From Verrucomicrobiota bacterium (lineage in GTDB: Bacteria; Verrucomicrobiota; Verrucomicrobiia; Opitutales; UBA953): 25,109 bases of DNA. The translations under genes were made by a program, and so were the position numbers. The stretch is taken from NCBI GenBank assembly GCA_046091055.1, contig JBJTAX010000044.1, positions 1 to 25,109 of the forward strand, given 5' to 3'. The notes beneath the pieces were generated by a model, which worked only from the letters and a program-made list of their open reading frames with translations, made no database searches and was not told the DNA's origin. Positions 7,881-16,108 of this stretch are shown one piece after another (the first letter of the stretch is position 1; the number at the start of each line of letters is the position of its first letter).

Positions 7881-9680
7881 TCAACGGGCCGGCGGCGCGA
7901 GAGGGCAGCTCAGATAGACCCCTTGCGGATCGTTGAGGACGCGCAGCGAGCGGAGCCAGCGGGCGTTCGCCCGGAGGAAATCCACGGCGGGATCCGCGGT
8001 CGCCTTGGCGAACAACGGCCTCTCGTCTTCGTCGTCCGCGAGCAGCTGCTGGAGGAAGGATTCGCGGCCGGCGTGCAACGCGGGAACCTGCACCCACGCG
8101 GCTTCCTCGAGCCGGGCGAGGGTCTTGGCTTCGCGGAGGGCGTCGCGCAGCCCGCCGAACTTATCGACGAGCTTCAGGCCGCGCGCGTCTTCCCCCAGCC
8201 AGACCCGGCCTTGGGCGATGTCATGCACGTCGTCGCGCTTCAGGCCGCGTCCCGCGGCGACGATGCGCAGGAAATCCTCGTAGACCGCGTCGACCGAAGC
8301 CTGCACGATCGCCAGTTCCGCGGGCGTGGCCGGGCGGTGCTCGGCGAGGAGGTCGGCGTATTTCCCGGTCTTCACGCCGTCCGTCCCGAGGCGGATCTTG
8401 CTCGCGAGCTCCCCGTAGTTCAGGTGGAGCCCGAAGACGCCGATCGAGCCCGTGATCGTCGCCGGGTCGGCCATGATGACGTTGGCGCGGGCCGCGATGT
8501 AATAGCCGCCGCTGGCCGCGACGTCGCCCATCGAGACCACCACGGGGACGCCCTTCTTGCGCAGCAGGCCGACTTCACGGGCGACCACGTCGCTGGCGAA
8601 GGCGGAACCGCCGGGGCTGTTGACCCGCAGGACCACGGCCTTGAATTCTTCGTCGCCCCGGACCATGCGCAGGTCATGGGCCAGACGATCGCCGCCGGCC
8701 TCGTAGGCGCCGCCCCAGCCGTCCACGATGTCACCCTCGGCGTAGATCAGGGCGATCTTGCCGCCGCGCGAGGGCAGGGCGACCTTGCGCGCATACCGTT
8801 GGAGGCTGATCTTGCGGAAGGAGGTCCCGGTCTCGTCCGCGGCCGCGCCGGCCTTACGGACGCGGTCGACCAGTTCGTCGCGGTGCAGGGCGGCGTCGGC
8901 GAGCTTGAGTTCGACGGCCTTCCGCGCGGAGAAGACACCGGCGGAATCCACGGCGCGGGCGAGCGCCTCAGGGCTCAGCGACCGCGACTTGGCGACGTCG
9001 CCGAGGACGCGCTTCCACAGGCCCCCGTAGAGCGCATCAGCCTGCTCCCGGGCTTCGACGCTCATCGTCCCGCCGACGTAGGGCTCCACGGCCGACTTAT
9101 ATTTGCCGACCTTGGTCACCTGCACCCCGAGACCGAGCAGCCGGAGCGTCTCGCCGAAGTAGAAGTCGAAGGAGGCGAGCCCCTTGAACTCCAGTTCGCC
9201 GCTGGCGTGCACGTAGGCCTTGTCCGCGACGCTCGCGAGGAAGTATTCTCCCTGCGAGGCGTTCTCGAGCCAGGCGATGACGGGCTTGCCGCTGGCCTTG
9301 AAGGCGGCCAAGGCGCGGCGCAGTTCGGCCTTCTGCGCGATGCCGGCGTCGAGGCCGCCGCTCAGGAGGATGCCGGCGACCTGCTTGTCCTTGGCGGCGA
9401 GGTCGATGGCTTCCAGCGCCCGCAGGAGATCCAGCCGCGGGCCTTCGGCGCCGAAGAGCAGGGAGTCGAAGCCGGGCGAGCCGTGCTCGGGCGTGTCGTC
9501 GATGGCGAGACCGCCGATCACCAGCATCGATTTGGGCTTCATCGAAACCGCCGCGTGCCGGCCGTCGCCGGACGAACCGGCGATCGCCATGATGATCACG
9601 AGGAGGAGGGCGCCGCCGGCGAAGGCGGCCAGCAGGGTGCCGAAGGCGGAAGCAAGGACGGATTTGAGGAATTCTCTCAT
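7881..9680 (-). CDS. sppA: Signal peptide peptidase SppA, long (67K) form
   Basis: N-terminal TM helix and tandem S49 domains: KVGKYKSA (catalytic Lys), LRVNSPGGSAFAS (catalytic Ser), SMGDVAASGGYY, TITGSIGVFG, DIAQGRVWLG. Start re-picked at MREFLKS. Confidence 0.95.
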   Translation of the reverse strand: MREFLKSVLASAFGTLLAAFAGGALLLVIIMAIAGSSGDGRHAAVSMKPKSMLVIGGLAIDDTPEHGSPGFDSLLFGAEGPRLDLLRALEAIDLAAKDKQVAGILLSGGLDAGIAQKAELRRALAAFKASGKPVIAWLENASQGEYFLASVADKAYVHASGELEFKGLASFDFYFGETLRLLGLGVQVTKVGKYKSAVEPYVGGTMSVEAREQADALYGGLWKRVLGDVAKSRSLSPEALARAVDSAGVFSARKAVELKLADAALHRDELVDRVRKAGAAADETGTSFRKISLQRYARKVALPSRGGKIALIYAEGDIVDGWGGAYEAGGDRLAHDLRMVRGDEEFKAVVLRVNSPGGSAFASDVVAREVGLLRKKGVPVVVSMGDVAASGGYYIAARANVIMADPATITGSIGVFGLHLNYGELASKIRLGTDGVKTGKYADLLAEHRPATPAELAIVQASVDAVYEDFLRIVAAGRGLKRDDVHDIAQGRVWLGEDARGLKLVDKFGGLRDALREAKTLARLEEAAWVQVPALHAGRESFLQQLLADDEDERPLFAKATADPAVDFLRANARWLRSLRVLNDPQGVYLSCPLAPPAR

Positions 9681-9799
9681 GGGCGGTTCAGGGTGACGTC
9701 CAGATGATGCTTCCATGCTTTCTTTTCGCCAACCCAAAGCACGTTTTTCACATGCGGTTTCCTCTCGATGCCGCCCGTGCGCGGCCTATTTTCAAGGTC

Positions 9800-11248
9800 A
9801 TGTCAGAGCCTACGTCCACGGCCGGCGCCGCCACCTCCCGCAAGGCCCTGGCCATCAACCTTGACCGCTCGGCCTACGGCGCTTTCGCCGAGATCGGGGC
9901 CGGCCAGGAGGTGGTCCGTCATTTCTTCAAGGCGGGCGGCGCCTCCGGTACCGTGGCCAAGAGCATCTCGGCTTATGACATGCGCGTCAGCGACGCGATC
10001 TACGGCCACCCCCAGCGGTACGTCTCCCGCCAGCGTCTCGAGCAGATGCTCGACCACGAATACGGCCTGCTGGTCGACCGGCTGAAGGCCGAACGCGGCC
10101 CGGTCACCCGCTTCTTCGCGTTCGCCGACACGGTGGCGACCACCCCGCATGACGGCAAAGGACAGGGCCACTCGTGGATCGGCGTCCGTTTCCAGGACCA
10201 GCCGCAGGCGGAGCCGAGCGAGGTGATCCTCCACCTGAGGCTGTGGGACAAGGACGCGGGCCGCCAGCAGGACGCCCTCGGCGCCGTCGGGGTCAACCTC
10301 ATCCATGCCGCGCTCAACACCCGCGACAGCGTCGACAGCTTCCTCCTGGCCTTGGTGGACGAAGTCGGGGCGGGCCGCGTGGAGGTCGAATTCGCCCATT
10401 TCAGCGGGCCGGCCTTCGGCGCATTCGACAACCGTTCGGCCGCCTTGCGTCTGGTCCGCCTCGGCCTCACGGACGCCGTGCTTTTCGGCCCGGAGGGCGA
10501 TCCGCAGGTTCCGAGCGAATACTTCTACAAACGCTCGGTCCTGGTCGCCCGCGGCACCTTCCGCCCGGTCTCGCTGGTCAACGAGGACATGCTCGCCTGC
10601 GCGCTGCGCGCCATGCCCGACGGCGGCAAGGACGTGCTCGCCTTGTTCGAGATGTGCATCGGGTCCGACCCGCATCCGGAGGCCGAGCTCATCGACCGCA
10701 TCCGCCTCGTCGGCGCCATGCAGCATCCTTTGCTGGTCACCCGGCACCGCGGCTGGTACCGGCTCCCCGCCTATTTCCGCCTGCATACCACGGGGGGCAT
10801 CACGCTGGTCGCCGGAATGAACAACCTCGTCGACCTCTTCAACCCCGAGCATTACGTCCATCTCGAAGGCGGTGTCCTGGAGTCCTGCGGGCGCCTGTTC
10901 AAGGACGGCGTCCGCGTGATGGTCTACCCGATGCGGGGCGACCAGCTCCGCCGGCTCATCTTGGATCCGGTGGCGTGCAAGGTCTGTTTCCCTGACTCTT
11001 ACAGCGTGGCGGAGGATTCGGTCGTGACGGCTTCCGACATCCAGATGCGACCTTCGGTCGCCGGACTGTTCCAACACCTGCTGAACAATGGTTTCCTGGT
11101 GCCCATCGCGGGGGCGGACCCCCAGGCGATGGCCTGCCAGCCGCGCACGCTGGCCGAGCGCATCCGGAAGAACGACCCGGGCTGGGAGAAAGAAGTGCCC
11201 CCGTCGGTTGCGGTCGCGATCCGGAGCCTCAAGTTATGGGCTAGGTAG
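9800..11248 (+). CDS. Uncharacterised protein: N-terminal CinA/PncC-like fold plus C-terminal HUP/nucleotidyltransferase-like domain, 482 aa
   Basis: FAEIGAGQEVV...GGASGTVAKSISAYD aligns without gaps to the recalled PncC motif TAESCTGG...GSS...VTYSN. RGTFRPVSLVNEDM resembles a degenerate NTase GxFxPxHxGH motif, and the end WEKEVPPSVAVAIRSLKLW is NadD-like. No signal peptide. Domain calls are by motif recall only. Confidence 0.7.
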   Translation: MSEPTSTAGAATSRKALAINLDRSAYGAFAEIGAGQEVVRHFFKAGGASGTVAKSISAYDMRVSDAIYGHPQRYVSRQRLEQMLDHEYGLLVDRLKAERGPVTRFFAFADTVATTPHDGKGQGHSWIGVRFQDQPQAEPSEVILHLRLWDKDAGRQQDALGAVGVNLIHAALNTRDSVDSFLLALVDEVGAGRVEVEFAHFSGPAFGAFDNRSAALRLVRLGLTDAVLFGPEGDPQVPSEYFYKRSVLVARGTFRPVSLVNEDMLACALRAMPDGGKDVLALFEMCIGSDPHPEAELIDRIRLVGAMQHPLLVTRHRGWYRLPAYFRLHTTGGITLVAGMNNLVDLFNPEHYVHLEGGVLESCGRLFKDGVRVMVYPMRGDQLRRLILDPVACKVCFPDSYSVAEDSVVTASDIQMRPSVAGLFQHLLNNGFLVPIAGADPQAMACQPRTLAERIRKNDPGWEKEVPPSVAVAIRSLKLWAR

Positions 11249-11251
11249 CCC

Positions 11252-11848
11252 ATGCCCGTCACTTCACTTCCTCCCGCCCAGGACACCGAACTCGCCCTTT
11301 CGGTCGAGCGCGCCTATCGCGAATCGCTGGTGACGGACCGGCTCGGCGCGATCTGGTCCCTGATCCTCGCGAAATGCTTCCTCGCCCAATGGGCGATCCT
11401 GCGCTTCGCGATCCCGGTCGGCGGGCCGTTCTACGTCTGGACGCTGACGCTGGTGATGGGGGCCGTCGCCTCGTTTTATTACCTGCGCGCCCATCGGGTG
11501 AAGCTGCGGCTGCTGCCGGCGCATTTCCGGGTCGGCGCCGCCGTGCTCGCCGGACTGCTCGTCGCGCTGGGTTTCGTCGCTTACGCCACCTTCGCCCTCG
11601 GGGCGCTGCCCGCGCCCGTGGCCGCCGCCTTCGCCGCGATCCTCATGGGCTCATGGTCGCTGGCCCGCGCCGCTTTGCGGCGCGCCTGGCCGCCGTTCGC
11701 CGGCGCCTTGCTCTGGTGGGGGCTGGCGGGCACCGCCCTCCGCTCGCCCGCCGAGCAGGCGCTCCTCTGGCTGGGGCTGGGGATGCTCTGCGCGCAGGCT
11801 CTGCCGGGGTTCGCCGTGGCGGCCCGGCAGGCGAAACAGCGGGTCTGA
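11252..11848 (+). CDS. Hypothetical integral membrane protein (about 6 TM), 198 aa
   Basis: Fills the gap exactly between the upstream stop (3 nt away) and the convergent LysR stop. Several long hydrophobic stretches. Confidence 0.8.
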   Translation: MPVTSLPPAQDTELALSVERAYRESLVTDRLGAIWSLILAKCFLAQWAILRFAIPVGGPFYVWTLTLVMGAVASFYYLRAHRVKLRLLPAHFRVGAAVLAGLLVALGFVAYATFALGALPAPVAAAFAAILMGSWSLARAALRRAWPPFAGALLWWGLAGTALRSPAEQALLWLGLGMLCAQALPGFAVAARQAKQRV

Positions 11849-12748
11849 TCAGGCCGCGGCGTTGCCGCCGGCGCTGTTCATGAGGTGCGTCATGAACCGT
11901 TTCATGGCGGGCGTCAGGACGCGGCCTTTGCGGTGCAGGATGGCCAGCGGTCGCGCCACCCGGCGGTCGCGTAGGCGGAGCATGACGAGCGTGCCTTGTT
12001 CGACTTCCTGGCGGATGGTGCCCTCCGGCACGAGCGCCACGCCGGCGTCGACTTCCACCGCGCGCTTGAGCGTCTCGATGTTGTCGAACTCCATCGACGG
12101 CTCGAGCTCGATGCGCTGCTCGCGGAAGAACTGGTCGAGCGCCTTGCGCGTCGGGATGTCCTGGTCGAAGCCAATGAACTTGCCGCCCTGCAGGTCGGCG
12201 AGTTCCATCTCCTTCTTCGCCGCGAGCTTGTGCTTGGGCGAGCAGATGGCCACCAGCTGGTCCTCCATGAGCGGGATGATCTCGACCTGGCGGGTCTTCT
12301 GCGGGAAGGCCACGAGGCCGAAGTCCACGGCGTTGGAGATGACGTCCTCGTAGACGAGGTTCGAACGGCGGTATTCGACGCGCACGTTGACGTGCGGGAA
12401 TTCCTGCATGAACGACTTCACGTGGGGCGGCAGCTCGTGGAGGCCGATGGAGACGATGGTCGAGATGTGCACGGTGCCGCTGACGACCTTGCGCATCTCC
12501 TGCATCTCGCTGCCGACCTGCTCGTAGCGGTTGAGGATGTCCTTGGCCGCTTCGTAGAGGCTCCGGCCTTCGCGCGTGAGCCGGAACTGCTTCTGGCTGC
12601 GGTCGACGATCAGGACGTTGAAATGCTTTTCCATCGAGCGCAGCTGCTGGCTGACGGCCGACTGGGTGATGGCGTTGAGCTTGGCGGCCTTGGAGAAGCT
12701 TTCGTTGTCCACGAGGTCGCGGAAGATCTTCAGGTTCTCGATGTGCAT
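11849..12748 (-). CDS. LysR-family transcriptional regulator, 299 aa
   Basis: HTH ENLKIFRDLVDNESFSKAAKLNAITQSAVSQQLRSMEKHF...RLTREG plus a substrate-binding domain (FDNIETLKRAVEVDAGVALVP). Start re-picked at MHIENLK. Confidence 0.97.
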   Translation of the reverse strand: MHIENLKIFRDLVDNESFSKAAKLNAITQSAVSQQLRSMEKHFNVLIVDRSQKQFRLTREGRSLYEAAKDILNRYEQVGSEMQEMRKVVSGTVHISTIVSIGLHELPPHVKSFMQEFPHVNVRVEYRRSNLVYEDVISNAVDFGLVAFPQKTRQVEIIPLMEDQLVAICSPKHKLAAKKEMELADLQGGKFIGFDQDIPTRKALDQFFREQRIELEPSMEFDNIETLKRAVEVDAGVALVPEGTIRQEVEQGTLVMLRLRDRRVARPLAILHRKGRVLTPAMKRFMTHLMNSAGGNAAA

Positions 12749-12766
12749 GGAAGGATAGTCAGGATG

Positions 12767-12781
12767 ATTAATAAAACTAAT
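12767..12781. promoter_or_regulatory. Putative LysR recognition site ATTA-N7-TAAT
   Basis: ATTAATAAAACTAAT is a perfect dyad with T-N11-A spacing. It forms an AT-rich island 19-33 bp upstream of the LysR start in a GC-rich window. Confidence 0.7.
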
Positions 12782-12890
12782 GGCGAAGGTCTTCAAGTGT
12801 AGACCTGCTAATCCTGCGAGGGGCCCGCCCAGGCGGGCTAGGGAAGCCCGTTGGTTGACTCCCCGCCCGTTCTGCCTCCCTCTGGTGGAA

Positions 12891-13589
12891 ATGGTCACCT
12901 CCGACCAATTCAAGGCCCAGTGCGAGGGGGTGCTGGCCCGCATCCAGGCCGCTTGCGTCCTTTCCGGCCGTGACCCGGCCTCCGTCCGCCTCCTGCCGGT
13001 GACCAAGACCCACCCGGTCGAGGCCGCTTTGCTGGCCTATGGCTTCGGTCTCCGCGCCGTCGGCGAGAATCGGGTCCAGGAAGCCGCCCAGAAGCGCCTC
13101 CTGGCCCCGGCCGACCTCCGTTGGGAGCTCATCGGCCATCTGCAATCCAACAAGGCCAAGCACGCCTTGCAGGCTTTCGATGTCATCCAGAGCATGGATT
13201 CGCCCGAGCTGGCCACCCGGCTCGGTCGCCTGGCCGGCGAGATGGGCCTGCGTCGGGAGGTCCTCCTGCAGGTCAACTCCGGCGACGATCCGGCGAAGTT
13301 CGGGTGCGACTTGGCGGATGCCCCCCGGCTCCTCGAAGCGGCCTTGGCCCAGCCGGCGCTTGTCGTGAAGGGGCTGATGGACATCGCGCCGCTGTCCGAC
13401 GATCCCGCGGTCGCCGCCCGCACCTTCGCCGAGCTCCGTCTCTGTCGCGACGCCCTCGCCGCCCGCTTCGGCGTGAGCCTCCCGGAATTGTCGAGGGGGA
13501 GGAGCGGCGACCGTGAATCTGCCGTCGCCGCAGGTTCTACTTGCGTCCGCGTCGGCTCCGCTTTGTTCGGCAGCCGGCCTTCCGCATGA
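12891..13589 (+). CDS. yggS: PLP-homeostasis protein YggS/PROSC family, 232 aa
   Basis: PVTKTHP (PLP lysine), GENRVQE, WELIGHLQSNK, QVNSGDDPAKFG and GSTCVRVGSALFGSR. The LSMGMS motif reads LSRGRS (see findings). Confidence 0.93.
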   Translation: MVTSDQFKAQCEGVLARIQAACVLSGRDPASVRLLPVTKTHPVEAALLAYGFGLRAVGENRVQEAAQKRLLAPADLRWELIGHLQSNKAKHALQAFDVIQSMDSPELATRLGRLAGEMGLRREVLLQVNSGDDPAKFGCDLADAPRLLEAALAQPALVVKGLMDIAPLSDDPAVAARTFAELRLCRDALAARFGVSLPELSRGRSGDRESAVAAGSTCVRVGSALFGSRPSA

Positions 13590-15247
13590 TCCGCCGCCTC
13601 CAAATCCGCGACCTCGCCCTGATGGACCGCACCGTGCTCGAACTGGGCGCAGGCTTCACGGTGGTCACGGGCGAGACCGGCGCGGGCAAGTCCGTGCTGC
13701 TCGGCGCGCTCTCGCTCCTCGCCGGCAACCGCGCGGCGAAGACGATCGTCCGCAAGGGGACCGAGGAATGCTCGGTCGAGGCCGAGCTGGACACCGACGG
13801 CGACCATCGTTTCGACGAGGTGCTGAAGGCCCTCGACCTGCCGGCCGGCGACGACGGCCTGCTCATCCTGAAGCGTTCGGTGCACGCGACCAAGGCGGGC
13901 CGGATTTCCGTCAACGGCGGCGCCGCCACCCTCGCGCAGCTCCAGCAGCTCGGCGAACTCTGGATCGATTTCCACGGCCCGGGCGAACCGCAGAAGCTCA
14001 TGCGCGCCGAGACCCAGCTGGAGATGCTCGACCTGCACGCGGGCCTGGCCGCACCTCTAGCGACCTATCGCGCCGGTTGGCGCCAGCGCAACGAGCTCCT
14101 CCGCGAGGCCGCCGAAGCGGCCACGGCCGAACGCCTCTCCGAGGACGAAGAGGCGTTCCTCCGCTCCCAGCTGGCGAAACTTGATTCGCTCGATCTCTCC
14201 GAAGAGGCCATCGCGAAGCTCGAGCGCGACCACGCCCGCGCGTCGCGCGCCCAGGAGCTCGCTGCCTTGCTCGGCCAGCTCGAGGCCGGCCTTGGTTCCG
14301 ACGGCCTCGGCGAAGTGCTGCCCAAGCTGCTCAAGGCCGGCGACGACGTGGCCCGCATCGACGAGGAGGCGGCCGCGCTCCGCGACCGCCTGAATTCCCT
14401 CGCGGCCGAAGCGGAGGACATCCGCGCCGATTTCGCCCGTCTCGGCCGGGGGCTTTCGTCCGACGACGAGTCCGCCGCCGAGCTCGACGGCAAGATGAAC
14501 CTCTGGCTGGAGTTCCGTCGCAGGTATGGTCCCGGCGCCGAAGCCGTCCGCGAGAAGCGCGAAGCCCTCCGCCGCCGCCTGGCCTCGCAGGGCGACGTCG
14601 AAGCCCGCGTGGCGAAGCTGAAGGCCGAGGCCGCCAAGGTGGAGAAAGACCTCCGCAGGCAGGCCGACGTCCTGCGTGCCTCCCGTACGAAGGCCGCCGA
14701 CAAGCTCGCGGACGCCGCCCGCAAGATGCTCGGCTCGCTGGGCTTCAAGAAGGCCGACCTCCGCCTCGAGGTAGTCCTTGCCGAGCTCGGCCCGCACGGC
14801 GCCGACGCGGTCCGTGTCCTTTTCTGCCCCAACGCCGGCCAGGACCTCCTGCCGCTCGACCAGATCGCCTCCAGCGGCGAAGCCGCCCGCGTGATGCTCG
14901 CCCTCAAGACCGTGCTCGCCGCCGTCGACCGCACCCCGGTGCTGGTCTTCGACGAGGTCGACGCCAACGTCGGCGGCGAGATCGGCGCCCAGGTCGGCCG
15001 CGAGCTCGCCGCCCTCGGCAAGGGCCATCAGGTCTTCTGCGTGACCCACCTCCCGCAGGTCGCCGCGCTCGGCCACGCCCATCTGGTCGTCACCAAGACG
15101 CAGGACGACAAGTCGACGACGGTCGAGATCGCCCCGGTCCACGGCAAGCGCAAGGACCGCGAGTCCGAACTTGCCCGTATGCTCGGCGACCGTGCCAGCA
15201 AGGTCGCGCTTTCGCACGCCCGCGAGCTGCTCGACGGCGCGAAGTAG
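13586..15247 (+). CDS. recN: DNA repair protein RecN, 553 aa
   Basis: VVTGETGAGKS Walker A, IDFHGPGEPQKL, coiled coil, signature IASSGEAARVMLALK, Walker B VLVFDEVDANVGG and VFCVTHLPQVAA. ATGA overlap with yggS. Confidence 0.97.
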   Translation: MIRRLQIRDLALMDRTVLELGAGFTVVTGETGAGKSVLLGALSLLAGNRAAKTIVRKGTEECSVEAELDTDGDHRFDEVLKALDLPAGDDGLLILKRSVHATKAGRISVNGGAATLAQLQQLGELWIDFHGPGEPQKLMRAETQLEMLDLHAGLAAPLATYRAGWRQRNELLREAAEAATAERLSEDEEAFLRSQLAKLDSLDLSEEAIAKLERDHARASRAQELAALLGQLEAGLGSDGLGEVLPKLLKAGDDVARIDEEAAALRDRLNSLAAEAEDIRADFARLGRGLSSDDESAAELDGKMNLWLEFRRRYGPGAEAVREKREALRRRLASQGDVEARVAKLKAEAAKVEKDLRRQADVLRASRTKAADKLADAARKMLGSLGFKKADLRLEVVLAELGPHGADAVRVLFCPNAGQDLLPLDQIASSGEAARVMLALKTVLAAVDRTPVLVFDEVDANVGGEIGAQVGRELAALGKGHQVFCVTHLPQVAALGHAHLVVTKTQDDKSTTVEIAPVHGKRKDRESELARMLGDRASKVALSHARELLDGAK

Positions 15248-15249
15248 GC

Positions 15250-16068
15250 TCAGGCCTGCTTGACGAAGCGGTCCAGCCGCAGGCGTCGGATCATCCGCAG
15301 GCCGATCGCCGCCGCCCAGGGCTTGGGCAGGCGCGCCGAGAACATGGCGAGGATCTTGTGCTTCCAGCCTGTGACCACGACCGGCCGCGCGGCCGCCATG
15401 CCGCGCACGGCCTCGTCGGCGCACACGTCCGCGGTCTGGCCGCCGAGGCCGGTCGAACTCGCGAAGCCGGCCGCCTTGGAGAAATTCGTGGACACGGGGC
15501 CGGGGCAGATCGCCACGCAACGGACGCCGTGCGGCTTCGCCTCGGCGTCCAGCGCGACGCTCCAGTCGAGCAGGAAGGATTTCGTCGCCGCATACGTCGT
15601 CATCAGCGGCGTGGGCTGGAAGCCCGCGAGCGAAGCGACGTTCGCGACCTGGCCGCCGCGGGCTTTGAGCTCGTCCCAGAGCCGTGCCGTGAGTTCGACC
15701 GGGGCGCGCACGTTGACGTCGATCATCCGCAAGGTGTGGTCGACGGCGGGCGCCGGAAACTCCCCGTAGGCTCCGAAACCGCTGTTATTAACCAGCAGTA
15801 TCCTGCCTTCGCCGGGCATTAGTTTCCGTAATTCGGAGACAACGTTCGCGAGGTCAGCGGGTTGCGAGAGGTCGCAGGTAAGGTGAGTGAAGTTAAGGGA
15901 ATTCGGGACGCCTTCCGGGGCGGTGCGGGAAAGGTTGAACACGGCCGCCTTGGTCTCAGAATGAACGATACGCGAAAGCATCGCGCGTCCGATCCCGGAA
16001 GAAGCCCCTGATATGATGATCACGGAAAACCCCCTGAAGAAATCATCGACGGTCTTGTTCTTTGACAT
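15250..16068 (-). CDS. Short-chain dehydrogenase/reductase (SDR), 272 aa
   Basis: IIISGASSGIG, LLVNNSGFG, NVASLAG, catalytic YAATK and ICPGPVSTNF. Confidence 0.93.
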   Translation of the reverse strand: MSKNKTVDDFFRGFSVIIISGASSGIGRAMLSRIVHSETKAAVFNLSRTAPEGVPNSLNFTHLTCDLSQPADLANVVSELRKLMPGEGRILLVNNSGFGAYGEFPAPAVDHTLRMIDVNVRAPVELTARLWDELKARGGQVANVASLAGFQPTPLMTTYAATKSFLLDWSVALDAEAKPHGVRCVAICPGPVSTNFSKAAGFASSTGLGGQTADVCADEAVRGMAAARPVVVTGWKHKILAMFSARLPKPWAAAIGLRMIRRLRLDRFVKQA

Positions 16069-16108
16069 GGGCGCAGGGTCTCACGTCACCCCCCAAAACA
16101 CAACACAC

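Noticed and set aside
16062-16067. Perfect TTGACA upstream of hpf
   Set aside because: It is the reverse complement of the SDR start (ATGTCAA), and no -10 box lies at 16-18 bp spacing.
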